A program made the translations under genes and the position numbers. A stretch of 64,000 nucleotides of DNA from the human T2T-CHM13v2.0 reference genome, Homo sapiens. The notes under the pieces are model-generated. The model made no database searches. It was not told the origin of the DNA and saw only the letters and a list, made by a program, of their open reading frames with translations. The stretch lies in NCBI RefSeq assembly GCF_009914755.1, contig NC_060933.1. One strand, 5' to 3'. Numbering within the stretch: position 1 is the stretch's first letter; each line of letters begins with the position of its first letter. Below are positions 12,060 through 24,072 of this stretch, one piece after another.

Positions 12060-13157
12060 TCTTTCTTTTGATTCAAGGGGTTCATGTGCAGATTTGCTAC
12101 CTGGGTATATTGCCTGATGCTGAGGTTTGGGTTACACATGATCCCATCACCTAGGTAATGAGCACAGTACTCAAAAGGTAGATTTCAACTCTTGACTCCC
12201 CTTCCTCCCTCTCTCCTCTAATAGTACCACGTTTCTATTATTGCCATCTTTATGTCTATGAGTACCCAATATTTAGCTTGCACTTATTGATGAGAACATG
12301 CAGTATTTGACTTACTGTTCCTGCATTTATTTGCTTACGATAATGGCCTCTAGCTGCATCCATGTTGCTGCAAAGGATATGATTTCATTATTTAGTATGG
12401 CTGAATAGTATCCCATGATGTATATATACCATATTTTCTTTATCCATTTCACCATTCATGGGCACCTAGGTTAATTCTGTGTCTTTGTTACTGTGAATAG
12501 TGCCGTGACGAACATATGAGTGCATCTGTCTTTTTAGTAGAATGTTTTGTTTTATTTTGGATATTTATCAAGTAATGGGATTTTGGGGGCCAAATGCTCA
12601 TTCTGTTTTATTATCTGATTTATCTTGCTTTGAGAAATCTCCAAACTGCTTTACATAGTGGTTCAGCTAATTTATGTTCCCACCAATGCTGTATAAGCAT
12701 TTCTTTTTCTCTGCAGCCTCATTGGCATTTGTTGTTTCTTGACTTTTTAACAGTAACCATTCTGACTGGTGTGAGATGATATCTCATTGTGGTTTTGATT
12801 TGCATTTCTCTGATGATTAGTGATGTGGAGTATTGTTTCATATGTGTGTTTTTCTTTTTTTGTTGTTTCATATGCATGTGTATCTTCTTTTGAAAAGTAC
12901 CTGTTCATGTCTTTTGCCCATTTTTAAGGGGGTTGTGTTTTTTTTGCTTGTTTCATTGTTTAAGTTCCTGACAGATTCTGGATACTGGATCTTTGTCAGG
13001 TGTGTAGTAGGCAAATATTATTTTCCCATTCTGTAGGTGGTCTGTTCACTCTATTGACAGTTTCTTTTGTTGTACAGAGGCTCTTTAGTTTAATTAGACC
13101 CCAGATGTCAATTTTTCTTTTCGTTGAAATGCTTTTGAGGACTTAGTCATAAATTCT
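12060..13157 (-). mobile_element. L1 3' fragment (old L1PA/L1PB-type), 5' truncated
   Basis: Antisense L1 3'UTR (ggggttcatgtgcagatttg..gatcccatcacc) running into ORF2 3' end (ggtgtgagatgatatctcattgtggttttgatttgcatttc). Confidence 0.92.
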
Positions 13158-13159
13158 AA

Positions 13160-13450
<291 letters not shown>

Positions 13451-13499
13451 TCTTTGTGTGTTTCTATTCAGTTCTTGCTGATTTTTTATGAACTACAGA

Positions 13500-14116
13500 C
13501 AACAACAAAATTAGCATAAAAAGTCATAATACAATACACTATGGACATTGATTACAAACTGGCAATGAATGGTGAACGCATTATCAATGCAAAGAATAGA
13601 TACATCATTGCACCAAAATCTTTGAAATCCCCTGAAATATTAACCTTATCTATCAAGAAAATTTGAACCAGTTTTTTCAAAATAATATCAATGTTAAATA
13701 ATTATTTACTAATTTTCAATCATGAATTGTGAAGCTGAATGGAACTTTTTCAAATTGTCAGAAAAGATCTAGCTAGAGGAAAAAAATTAATTAACTTTCT
13801 AATCATTCTATAGAAAATAACTTTAAAACACCATATGAAGATATCAAAAGTATGCATATAAAATGTAAACAATATTATAGAAATGTGGTATTGCAGGCTA
13901 TAAACACAAATTATATTGTTTTTCTGAATTTTGTAAAATATTTGTCAGCATTTCATTATTGTCAGCAGATAAACATTGTAATTTAATATAATGTTCTTTC
14001 TAAATTTACATAAGAATTATTTTTATGTCTAAATTTTTGTCATTTTGGTATTCTTTACTTAAAGAACCCCCCAAATTATATGAGTTATATTCCTCACCAA
14101 ACATGGGCCCACCCTG
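13500..14116 (+). mobile_element. hAT-Tip100 (Zaphod-like) transposase 3' fragment with right terminus
   Basis: tgtgaagctgaatggaactttttcaaattg...ctagaggaaa...ttctatagaaaat resembles hAT dimerisation domain (CEAERSFSKL..EERL..LSIE); ends ...gggccccaccctg. Confidence 0.55.
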
Positions 14117-14900
14117 GCAGAAAACATGCATTTTTCCCTAAAACTTATATTCCCAGCTTTTAGAATAAGGAAAGAGTCAACAAATCGTTGGAAGAATCAT
14201 AAGATGTTCTCTAAGAATTTCTTTTCAACTCGATTTGCTGTTTCTTTTAGAGCCCTATTAATGGAATAGGGTTCTATAATTAATAGAAACTTTAACCCTT
14301 ACTTCTTTGAGGTCATTAAGAATTGTTCCAGGGAGAAGTTCTCCTGGTGAGAATTATAGAATCCACTTTTAACATGCACCCACAATTTTAAGGGTCTCCC
14401 TGAGGGCCCGAGTTGGTGAGCACATTTTACCTTTCCCAGAAATGGATGGGAAGTGCATATGGGCTGCTATACTCTGGGGTGGGGGAGTAGGGGTAGGAGG
14501 GTAGGTAGTGGGCGGGAGTTTTCTGTGTCGGTCCTGGATTCTCCTACTGCCTTTGAATTCCTGCAACAATTCTGCCCATGCGGTTGAGGGTGGAGAGACA
14601 CAGTGGAATTTGGAATAAAGGAAAGTGTTGAGTCTAAGAAATAGGTTTGCCTCTCTGTAGCACCTTAATATGCAAAAATAAGACTGAGCTAGGTAACTTC
14701 AGTGACCCAAGACCAGTCAGGAAGTCGATAATTTTACTGAAGGTGTTCACCATACCCAGCTAGTCATTAGCACTTTGGGTACTACAAAATAAAGTGTAAA
14801 ACAGACTTTTTTTTTTTTTCTGGCTGACATCTCAGTCTAGTTGGAGAGACAAGGCCAACTTGGGGAGAGCTGGATTCACAGAATGACTCATCTTTAGTAT

Positions 14901-15568
14901 GGGCTGAACTCCCTTGTCCAGGCATCCACCAAGAATCTCATTGATACCATCCTTCTCCTCTGCCAAGTCCAGTATCAGTGCTTCCAGGAAAACAACTCTG
15001 AAATCAGACACCCACTGCTCCAAAACTGAAACCCTGATTACAGTGTCCCTATTCAGCAGGAAGCAGCCAGATAACCAACAACGCCCCTCTTCTTTTTATA
15101 CTAAAGTAGAAGGCAAGAATGTTAGTCCAAATTGCACCATTTTGTAAGCCCCCTGCAACTCTGCAGACCGTGGTTCAAAGTAAAACATTCCACGGAGGTT
15201 CCCGCCATCAGAAACATCCTGCCTAACCACCTAACTGTGAAGCGGACAAAGGTCCAACTAAAGAAACATTCTTACAGCCTACTGGGCAAAGGCCCAACTA
15301 AAAAACATCTCTATCATATTCTGCTGGGAGAAAGTGCAAGGAACACCACATTCCGCTGGAACAAGGGCCAGAACCATTTCATCATGGGAAAATCTGATCA
15401 ATCTAATGGGCAGCAAGCCATATGGCCCAGACCCCTTCCATCCATACCTGTAAGTACCCACCAGCCTGTAAGAGGTGGTGGTCTCTTGCATTAAGCTGGT
15501 CCCCCACTTCTGCAGGTGTCTGCAATATGCCTGCCTTTGCTGTTGAGTCACAAAAACAAAAACAGAAA
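14901..15568 (+). mobile_element. Class I (ERV1, HERV-F/H-like) env 3' end + PPT + U3-R LTR portion with A-rich tail
   Basis: 14901-15029 reads GLNSLVQASTKNLIDTILLLCQVQYQCFQENNSEIRHPLLQN* (gammaretroviral TM cytoplasmic tail-like); cagcaggaagcagccaga motif; purine tract 15103-15119; LTR starts tgttag at 15120; A-rich tail 15551-15568. Confidence 0.75.
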
Positions 15569-16669
15569 CATGCACCTCTGTGTATTCATAGGCCATAGTT
15601 TAAGACCCTCTGAAGTAGGACCCCATGTATACAGAGACTTCTCTTGCTTGTCTGATCTTATTGGCCAATGCACAGTTCAGGTGTCCTGTGTGTAGCACCC
15701 TTCTGGGGTCCTGGCTCCCAACAGTACAGCAGGTCACAGAGTGCCTCCCTGTAGTTGTAGTGCTATCCCCACCACTATTGCTGTCTATCCGCAGAGTCTG
15801 GCTTGTAACTTTTGCCCCATAAAACATAGATCACAGATTTCTTGTCCTGGGTTGATGGTCATGATATATTGTACATGTATATTCTGTTCCAATATTGAAC
15901 ACTTCAATATTGGGAGATACATGAGGGAAAATTATGCTACTTATTTGTAAGAACAACAACAACAAAAAGAAAAGCAAACAAATTATTTTTTTCTTTTTCC
16001 CTTTATTCCTTGTAAATAAGGTTTATACTCCTAGCTTGAAAATCAAGGTTCTTTCTTATCTGGCTTCAGCTACCTGTTCTGCTGGACTTTAATTTATGAT
16101 GAGATAATACTGAAGACGGTACAGCCAGCATGCCACCACCATAATAGTGTTTGGAACTGTGGGGCCAAATAAATGTCTTCACATACATGTTAAGAACTAC
16201 TGTCTGGTCTGATCATTCTCTGAATTCCAGGTACTAAAGACTATGTACTTTCTGTTGCTGTTGTTCCTCAGCATATATGGTTACAGAGTGCCTAATTGTA
16301 AACACATATTCTCTCCTAAATATGTATCATAGTTTTCTTAAGGTGAAGAGTAAGTACCCTTGATCTTTGTGCTAACCACAGAGACTGGAAAAGAGGACTG
16401 TACACAGAATATAGTCACTGAGTGCCTTTTGGATTAAATCTATGGTCATATAGTCACAGGCCAGGCTTAATCTGTCCAGATTCAGCAAAAATAATTTCTA
16501 TGCCTAATGCAATGCCTGATCTAGCATAGAAGAAATTGGAAAGGAGTGAATGAGTATTCATAATTCATTAAGGAAGGTTAGCGCTATCTTCATCTTTTCA
16601 ATTCAGGTATTTTTCAACAAATACAACAATAATAGTAATAAATAAATAATAATAAATCCATAGAGTATT

Positions 16670-16860
16670 TTCTTTGAGTTAGGCACTGTCTTTCAAGGAT
16701 GTTATCTTAAAGTGGTAGATTATCTTGTTTCTATTTTACAGATGAAACCAATATTTAAAGAAGATAAACATATCACTCAAAGTCATACAATTAATAAGCA
16801 GAGGCAGGATTTGAACCCAATCTTGACTGATTTTAGAACTAGCATGCTTTATAATTATGT
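16670..16860 (-). mobile_element. MIR SINE
   Basis: ctattttacagatgaaac...aagtcataca...gaggcaggatttgaaccca. Confidence 0.75.
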
Positions 16861-19127
16861 CATATCTTGCTTTTCATCTAATTAAGAAAAAGCAATGTAT
16901 TATCTGATTTAGATTTATACTCTTCTTTCTCTTCTCAAAAAATATCCATCTTTGACTTTGTGTGCCCCAGATATTGTCCTCATCATACTCTCTGAGAGCT
17001 AGTTAAGACTTCCTTGAAGTTAATTTTTATTTTCTCTCCTGTCCATCCTGGGCCTTCTGCCACCAGTGGAGTTACATCTCCCTCAGAATTTCCAATTGCA
17101 ACTAGCACAGGCTAGCACGCAGGGCTCTGGGCTCTGCAGGCCCACAAACTAACCTTGGCATAATGAATGACCTGCAGCTTTGGAATGCCTCTGGAATGCC
17201 AAGTGACCACAGCTCCCTGCTTGTGGAATGTAGAGTGGCCCCAGCATTAGCCAGGTGACCAACAGCTGCATGGCACTGGCATGAAAAATAGATTCCAGCT
17301 CCTAGAATACTAAGTGCCTGCTCAAGAACAAGAAAACGAAACATTAATGGATAAGCCTTCCTGCTGAGGAAGAAGAAATGGTGGTGATTGACATTGTTAC
17401 TATGAGATAACTCTGTTAATGCTAATAACACCTGAGTCTGAGCCAGGGCAACTTCTTTGAACTGCCCACTGAAAAATATCCAACCCTCCCCCAAATCACA
17501 GAATCAGATCTCTTCCCATAGGTAGAAATGCACTCCCCTCTTTTCGTGCTTTCTATGCTTTACAGAAAGAAGAAACAGAAAATTTGTTCCCAAAATCCAT
17601 TCTCCCAATGCATTAGTCTGGACTTACAAAGCTGTGTAATCTCTTTAGACAGTGTCGGCAGCTACCAAGTCCTGTTCTGAGAACCCAATTCCCCAGTGAG
17701 GTAGCCTGAACCCATCGTGGAATTTGACTGTAAAGGAAAAAAGGTGTGAGGATATTTGCAACAATCATACTCAGTAACTGGGATTTTAATGATTCTCATT
17801 CCCCCTTTTTTCTTCATCTTTTTTTTTTTTTTTACAGTCTCCGTCCCCTGTGAATTATTTCTTTCTTCCTCCCTGTTTTTCATTGCAATTCAATGCATTG
17901 GTTTTAAAAGGAGGATTTGCAAACTGAGTATTAAAATTCCAGGATACTACATCTCCAAAATCTATAAGACGATAAGAAGATAAGAGGCCAAACTCACTGA
18001 AAGCTTCACTCCTGGTATCTGTGGAACTTGCAGAGTTGTTCATAAAACTCCTAAGCCAAGGCAATCTTCCCACCTACCCACAATTCTGCCTGCCTAACAC
18101 AGGCAGATAAACTTAGCATTAAAATTCCCTACACTTTGGCAAATGAGTACCCAGGAGGCTGCTGACTCAATCAGGGATTGTTGTACTTACAGTGTAATAC
18201 TGAGAAAGGCCATAAACTCCAGCCTGACAGATCCATAATGCTCATTTCAATATGCTTTCCCTGTGTGCTGGCTTGCTGATGAACTTTCATATTCCGCCAA
18301 CAAAATATAACAAACATATTAACGACATGTGGTAAATCATCATTGGATATACCGGGTCCTGATGATGGAACTAGTTGTGAGTAAATGAGATTGTCTGGCT
18401 GCCTGATACCACTTTGGGGGTCCAGGATGATGCATTGTCCTCAGTGGGAGGAGGACAGTGCATGATGGAGGAGGGAGCAATCAGCTATAGAGGGACACTG
18501 ATGTCTTCTCAAAGCAGATGGGGTGTTGGAAACCTAGAACAACAGAATTTCAGAGCCAGAAGAGACTACAGATATCATTTAGTTAAACTCATTAATCTGG
18601 CATGTATTATGATCAAGGCCCAGAGAGGGGATATGAGAATCCCAAAACTGCGTAGCAAGTATGTGATTCCTGAATCACACACAGCTCAGTGGTCTTCTGG
18701 TTGGTGGATTTGATTTGTACCTGAAGCTGTCTTAATAGATTAGTTAGAGAGTATGAAAGAAATGTCCCTATAACTCAAGTCAGCCCTGTAACCCTGCATT
18801 CGTCAGTAGGAAAATGCTTTGATGGGGCTGGCTTTTTTCTTCTAGCTATAGTACTTGGCTTTTCTATTGAGTGAATTAAGGGACACTAAGGGGTGATTTA
18901 TGTGAGTATGTGGTAGTTATTCTCTACTGCACTCCTCAAAACATAAGTATAGTTTTCTTAAAGTTGTCATAGATTACTAATGACCCATTGTCAATATAAA
19001 ATCTATATATTCTTTATTTTACAGAGTAATTATGGTCAATAAGACTAAACTTGTGCAGATTCTGATTCACTCAATTATGAATAAGCTCTAAGGGCGTTGG
19101 GTATATATCAGGACTTCTGTTGGTTGC

Positions 19128-19343
19128 CTTCCTTCCTCCTTCCCCCTCTTTTCTTCCTTCCTCCCTATTTCCTGCCTTCCTTTCTCCCTCCCTTTCTCCC
19201 TCTTTCCTCCTTCTGCCCTTCTTCCTTTCTCCTCCTTTCTCCCTCTTCCCCTCCCATCCCTCCATCCTCCCTCCCTCCCTCTTTCTCTCCCCCCCATCTT
19301 TTCCTTCTTTCCTTCCTTCCTTCCTCCCTTCCTTCTTCTTTCT
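19128..19343. repeat. Polypyrimidine (CCTT/CT-rich) low-complexity tract
   Basis: ~215 bp almost purely C/T; abuts the antisense L2 tail. Confidence 0.95.
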
Positions 19344-19729
19344 TCAACAAACGTCTGCTTACTATTAGGCACTCTGCAAGCCCCAGAATTATACCAAAAC
19401 TAATCTTTTGTGCATATAGTCAGTTAACTCTAACACAGTGTGAAATACAAAATGATAGGAAACTAACAATTATTATCGGAGCCCCGGAGATGAGCATCTA
19501 GTATAACCTGGATGGAGAAGAGATCAGAGTCAGCTTCTTGAAGGTAGTGAACTTCTAAGCTGAAATCTGAAGCACTGGCAAGGGCAAACCAGATTGAGGA
19601 GGTTATGTTTGTCCTCATATGAGAGAAAGAGAGAGAGAGAGAGGAAGAGGGAGGGAGAGAGAGAGAGACACAAAAAGAAACTATAAGGGTTCCAAGAGTA
19701 AGAAATTAAAGAGAAATAATACCAGGTTA

Positions 19730-22210
19730 ATAGAGGTTATATGTGTCCCCAGAATTTAGTGTGTTAGAAATTTAATCCCCAAATATTGTATGTTGATTCG
19801 ATGTGGGACATTTGAGAGGTAATTCAGATTACATGAGGTTATCAGAGTGGGGTCCCCATGATGAGACCGGTAGCTTTATAAGAAGGGGAAGAGAGATCTG
19901 AGCTGCTTTTGCTTTTGCCCTCTCCCCATATGATGCATCTACTGTGTTTTGAAGCAGCAAGAGGACCCGCCCAAAAAGTAAAGCAGATGTTGGCACCATG
20001 CTCTTGGACTTCCTAGCTTCCAGAACTGTAAGAAATAAATTCATTTTCTTTATAAATCACCTGATCTGTGGCATTCTGTTATAGCAGGAGAAGACAAACT
20101 AAGACAGAAAATTGGTACCAGGAGTGGGGTTGTTAATAATAATGAATACCTTAAAATATGGAAGCTTTGGTACTGAGTAATGGGCAGAGGCTGCAAGAAT
20201 ATGGAGAAGTCTAGAAAAGGTCTGCATTGCCATTAACAGAGCATTAAGTGTGATTCTGGTGAGTGCTCAGAAGGAGGCAAGAGAATTACAGAGTCTGGAA
20301 TTTCCTAGAGTTTATTTAAGTGGCCATAATCAGAATGCTAATAAAAATATGGACAGTGAAAGCCATTCCAACCTCTCAGATGGAACTGAGAAACAAGGTA
20401 TTAGAAACTTGAGTAAAAGCCATCTTTGTTTTGAACTGGCAGAAAACATGGCTGAACTGTGTTCATGCTCAAGGGCTTTACGAAAGATGGAATTTAACAT
20501 TGACAAGCTGGAATATCTGGCAGAAGAAATACGTAAGCAGCAAAGCATTGAGACTACTGCATGGCTACTTTTAACTACTTATAGTGAAACAATAGAAAAA
20601 AGAGATGATTTAAAGATAGAATTTATAATTAAAAGGGAAGCAGAGCAAAAAGATTTGGAGAACTCTTAGCCTGGCCATGTAAAGTATGAAAAAGCATGTT
20701 TAGGAGAGAAAACCAAGGGTGTGACCCAGTGACTATTTGCTAAGAAGATTAGTACTGATTGAAGTGATCATCAAGGCAATGGGAACAAAGCATGAAGGCA
20801 TTTAAAAGATCTTCAAGGCTGCCCCACCCATGACAGGTCCAGAGCTCTCTCAAAGGGCAGAATGGTTTCAGGAAATAGGCTTGGGATGCCCTCTATGAGT
20901 TTATTGCCCATGACTGCCTCAACTCTCCACTCCCTACACTGATGGGTGCAGTGCTTCTTGGTCCTCCCAGCTGTGGCTCAAGCAACTCCAAACGTAGCTC
21001 AACTAGCTGTGCTGGAAGATGCAAGCAGCAGCAAGTCTTGGCATCATCCATCTGATATTAAGTCTGCAGGATCACAGACTGCAAGAGCTATGGGAGCATG
21101 GCTTCCTCCACCTAGCTTTCAAAAAATGTTGTGAACAACCTGGGGGCCCTGGCTGATACTTGATACAGGGTTGAAGCTACTACAGAGAGGCCCTACTAGG
21201 ACAATGGCAAGTGGAAATGTGGGGAAAGAGCCACAGCCACCACAGAGAGCTCCAACTAGGGCAATGCCTATTGGAATCATGGAAGCAAGGCCACTGAAGA
21301 GAATCCCTACTAGAGTGATGTCTAGTGGAACCATGGGGACAGAGCCACCTCTGAGACCAGGACGGTGGAAGCCCTAGTGTGTAGCTCTAGCATGGAAAAA
21401 CCACAGACATCTGACTCCAACCCACAAGAACTGATGTGTTGGCTGAGCCCAGGAAAGCCATGGGAGTGGCACTTTTCTAGGCTTTGGGGACCCAACCCCC
21501 ACACCAGTGTGCCCAAAATGTAGGACATGGAGTCAAAGGAGATTATTCTCCAGCTTTAGGACAAAATGTGGTTTTCCCTATTGGGTTTTGGACTGACTGG
21601 GGCCTGTTTACTTCTTTCTTCTTACCTATTTCTCTTTTTTGGAATGGGGATATCTATTCTATGCTTGTCCCACCTTTGTATTTTGAAACTAGATAACTTG
21701 TTTAATCTCACAGGTTTATAGCTGGAAGGAATTCACCTCAAGATAAATTGTGCTTTGACTCTCACCCATATCCAATCTAGTGAGACTCCAAATTTTGGAA
21801 TTTTAAGTTATTGCTAGAAAATTAAAATTTTGGGGCTTTAGGGGTGAAATGATTGTATTTTGCATGTAAAAATGACATGAGTTTTGGGGATCAGGGGTTG
21901 GATGCTACGATTTGAATGTGTTTCCCAAATTTTATGTGTTGGAAATTTAACCCCCAAATTCATGTGTTGGTTGGTTGTTTTTTAGGAGGAGGAAGAGAGA
22001 CCTGAGCTGACACTCATACTCTTGCCCTCTCCTCATACAAGGCCCTCCACCATGTTATAAAGCAGCACGAAGCCCCCACTAGAAGGGGAGCAGATGCCAG
22101 CATCGTGGTCTTAGCTTTCCTATTTCCCAGAACTACAAGACATATTTTTTTAAACATAAACTACCCAGTCTGTGATATTCTGTTATAGAAGTAGCAAATT
22201 GACTAAAACA
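19730..22210 (+). mobile_element. Complete MaLR retrotransposon (MSTC/MSTD-like): 5' LTR ~19730-20106, internal 20107-21902, 3' LTR 21903-22210
   Basis: Two homologous LTRs ending ..ctaagaca / ..ctaaaaca; internal region starts gaaaattggtacca, typical of MaLR-int. Confidence 0.88.
20250..20669 (+). pseudogene. MaLR internal ORF remnant (gag-like)
   Basis: ..LAENMAELCSCSRAL..LEYLAEEIRKQQSIE..AWLLL..KREAEQKDLENS matches the remembered MaLR-int ORF pattern (YLAEEISKQQSI, KREAEHK); ends in a stop. Confidence 0.8.
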
Positions 22211-23630
22211 GTGGAAAAAAGTAGGGATAAGGAAAGTTCTAAGAGGGAAGGTCTAGAAATAAAATAGAAACACAGTGTGGTGAGCACCAACAGTGTGCTG
22301 TGAAATAAATGAAGATAAGTAAGACCAGAGCAGTAGAAGGGATAGCTACAAGATGAAGACATATAATAGGTTTGGAATTTATTCCAAGGGCAAAGAAAAT
22401 TGAGGACCATTGAAGTGAGTGACATGATTGAATTTGTTTTTTGGGGGAGAAATGATCTGGCTGAAAATACAAAGGACACTGATAATCACAATATTTTATT
22501 GATCTCCTTTTATTTTTAAAGAAAATATATACATAAATAAATTGAAAAGTGGAAAATAAAATAGCTTTGAGGATATTTTTAAGAAAAAGTCTCAAAACCC
22601 AAAATGAATTATCTCGGATGATTATCATACAATATAAAGAGAATTGTATATGTACAGTGTAACAGAAGGAGGCAGATTTTGATGGGAATTCAAAGTTGCA
22701 CGTAGTAGTTGCACAGTGTATATTTGGGATCATTGACATTCATTTTACACCGATTAAGCATTTTGCAAATGTAGAACTTACTGCTAGTCCTAGCCTCTTA
22801 CTTCATAAAGTTTTTATCTGTACAAAAGAAATAATTAAAAAGAGCTTCAGAGAAGAAAGTGTATCTGATATATACTTTCTGCACTACCAAAATGGTGTAG
22901 AAATCTACAGAGACAAAAAGTACTTTGTTAATATCTAAATTGTGAGTAATGTAAATCTTTGAAATCACTAGAAATGTTTGGTTGGATGTGAAATCTCAGG
23001 ATAAAATGGAAGAACTGGATCATTAACTGGGCTGGAAAGTATCCACTATACATTCAAGTGCTAAAATTGAGCAATCTATAATGCTATTCATTTAGAAGTA
23101 AGCATTTAATAAATGTTACAGTTCTTCCAAAGTTTATCATTAGGCTAGCCTCATTGGCTGGTATTAGTTGAGATTTGAATTTAGCTATAATATGTGGATA
23201 GAGCTAATGAAAGAGTTATGGAGTTGATGTTTTACTGTCAGGTGGGTGAAAAAGAACAAACACTACTGTTAAGAGATGGAACTACCATGTCACAATAAGC
23301 AAAAGAGGATTTCTAGAAATAACTCATAGATCATTTAGGAGCATATTTTATGTTTACTTTTTAAAAGATAAATGGGTTCAGTGACGATCTGTTAACAATT
23401 ATTGACTCAGTCATTTAGCAAGTTGAGTATGTTTTACTTTCCACTTGCTAGGCATCTGAAACATGTTTTAGGTATGAAGGTAAATAATGATCCTATGTTC
23501 ACGGAGTTTTCAACCTCAGAAGGAAGACCAATTGTAAAAGCATAAATAATAAATGAGGTAATTGCAGACAGTTTCAGGTAGAAAATGAAACAGAGAGATA
23601 AGATAGAGATAGAAAGTGGAGAGAAGGGTA

Positions 23631-24072
23631 TGTGGCAGCCATGAGAATATAACACTCAGATCTCCAGATGTGTGAAGTTACTACTTCTTATGCTATCACC
23701 CCATTTGCAACTGGGCCAGACTTTCTAGGGGCCATTTCCAGCCAGCAACTGAGCTTGAGAAAGATTCTAAGATAATGTCATTCTTGAAAGAGGTTTGAAA
23801 TCTCTGACATACAAATTTGGGTCAAGGAACCACGTATGAACATGCCAAAGTTTACTTAGAATTGCAAAGCATCTTAAGATACTTTTACCCAACTTTTGTT
23901 CACTCTTTGTCTCCTCCATTCACTCTCAGAACTACTCTGCTGTTTGACAGTTCTTCAGCTTATCTGAGCTCCTTCCCCATTTTCTCTGACACGCACTACC
24001 CCTGGTAAATTCCTTGCCACGTTTAATTCTGTCTTGGCATCTGCTCCTTATGGTCCTCAGTCTAACAACACA
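23631..24072 (+). mobile_element. LTR16-family ERVL solo LTR nested in an L2 fragment
   Basis: tgtggcagcca..ctcagatctcc start; ..taattctgtcttggcatctgct.. end; flanks gggta/gggtc; L2-like sequence on both sides (~23420-24290). Confidence 0.65.

Larger units (their letters stand above)
19340..22480 (-). mobile_element. L2 relic split by an MST-type MaLR element
   Basis: ttcaacaaac..tactattaggcactctg antisense L2 end at 19340; L2-like body resumes at ~22211. Confidence 0.65.

Noticed and set aside
14878-15584. TSD around the ERV1 fragment (agaatgactcatctttagtat vs agaaacatgcacctctgtgtat)
   Set aside because: Too many mismatches to call from sequence alone
15132-15596. 120-aa and 105-aa ORFs
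   Set aside because: They fall within the ERV1 LTR U3/R region, which is non-coding
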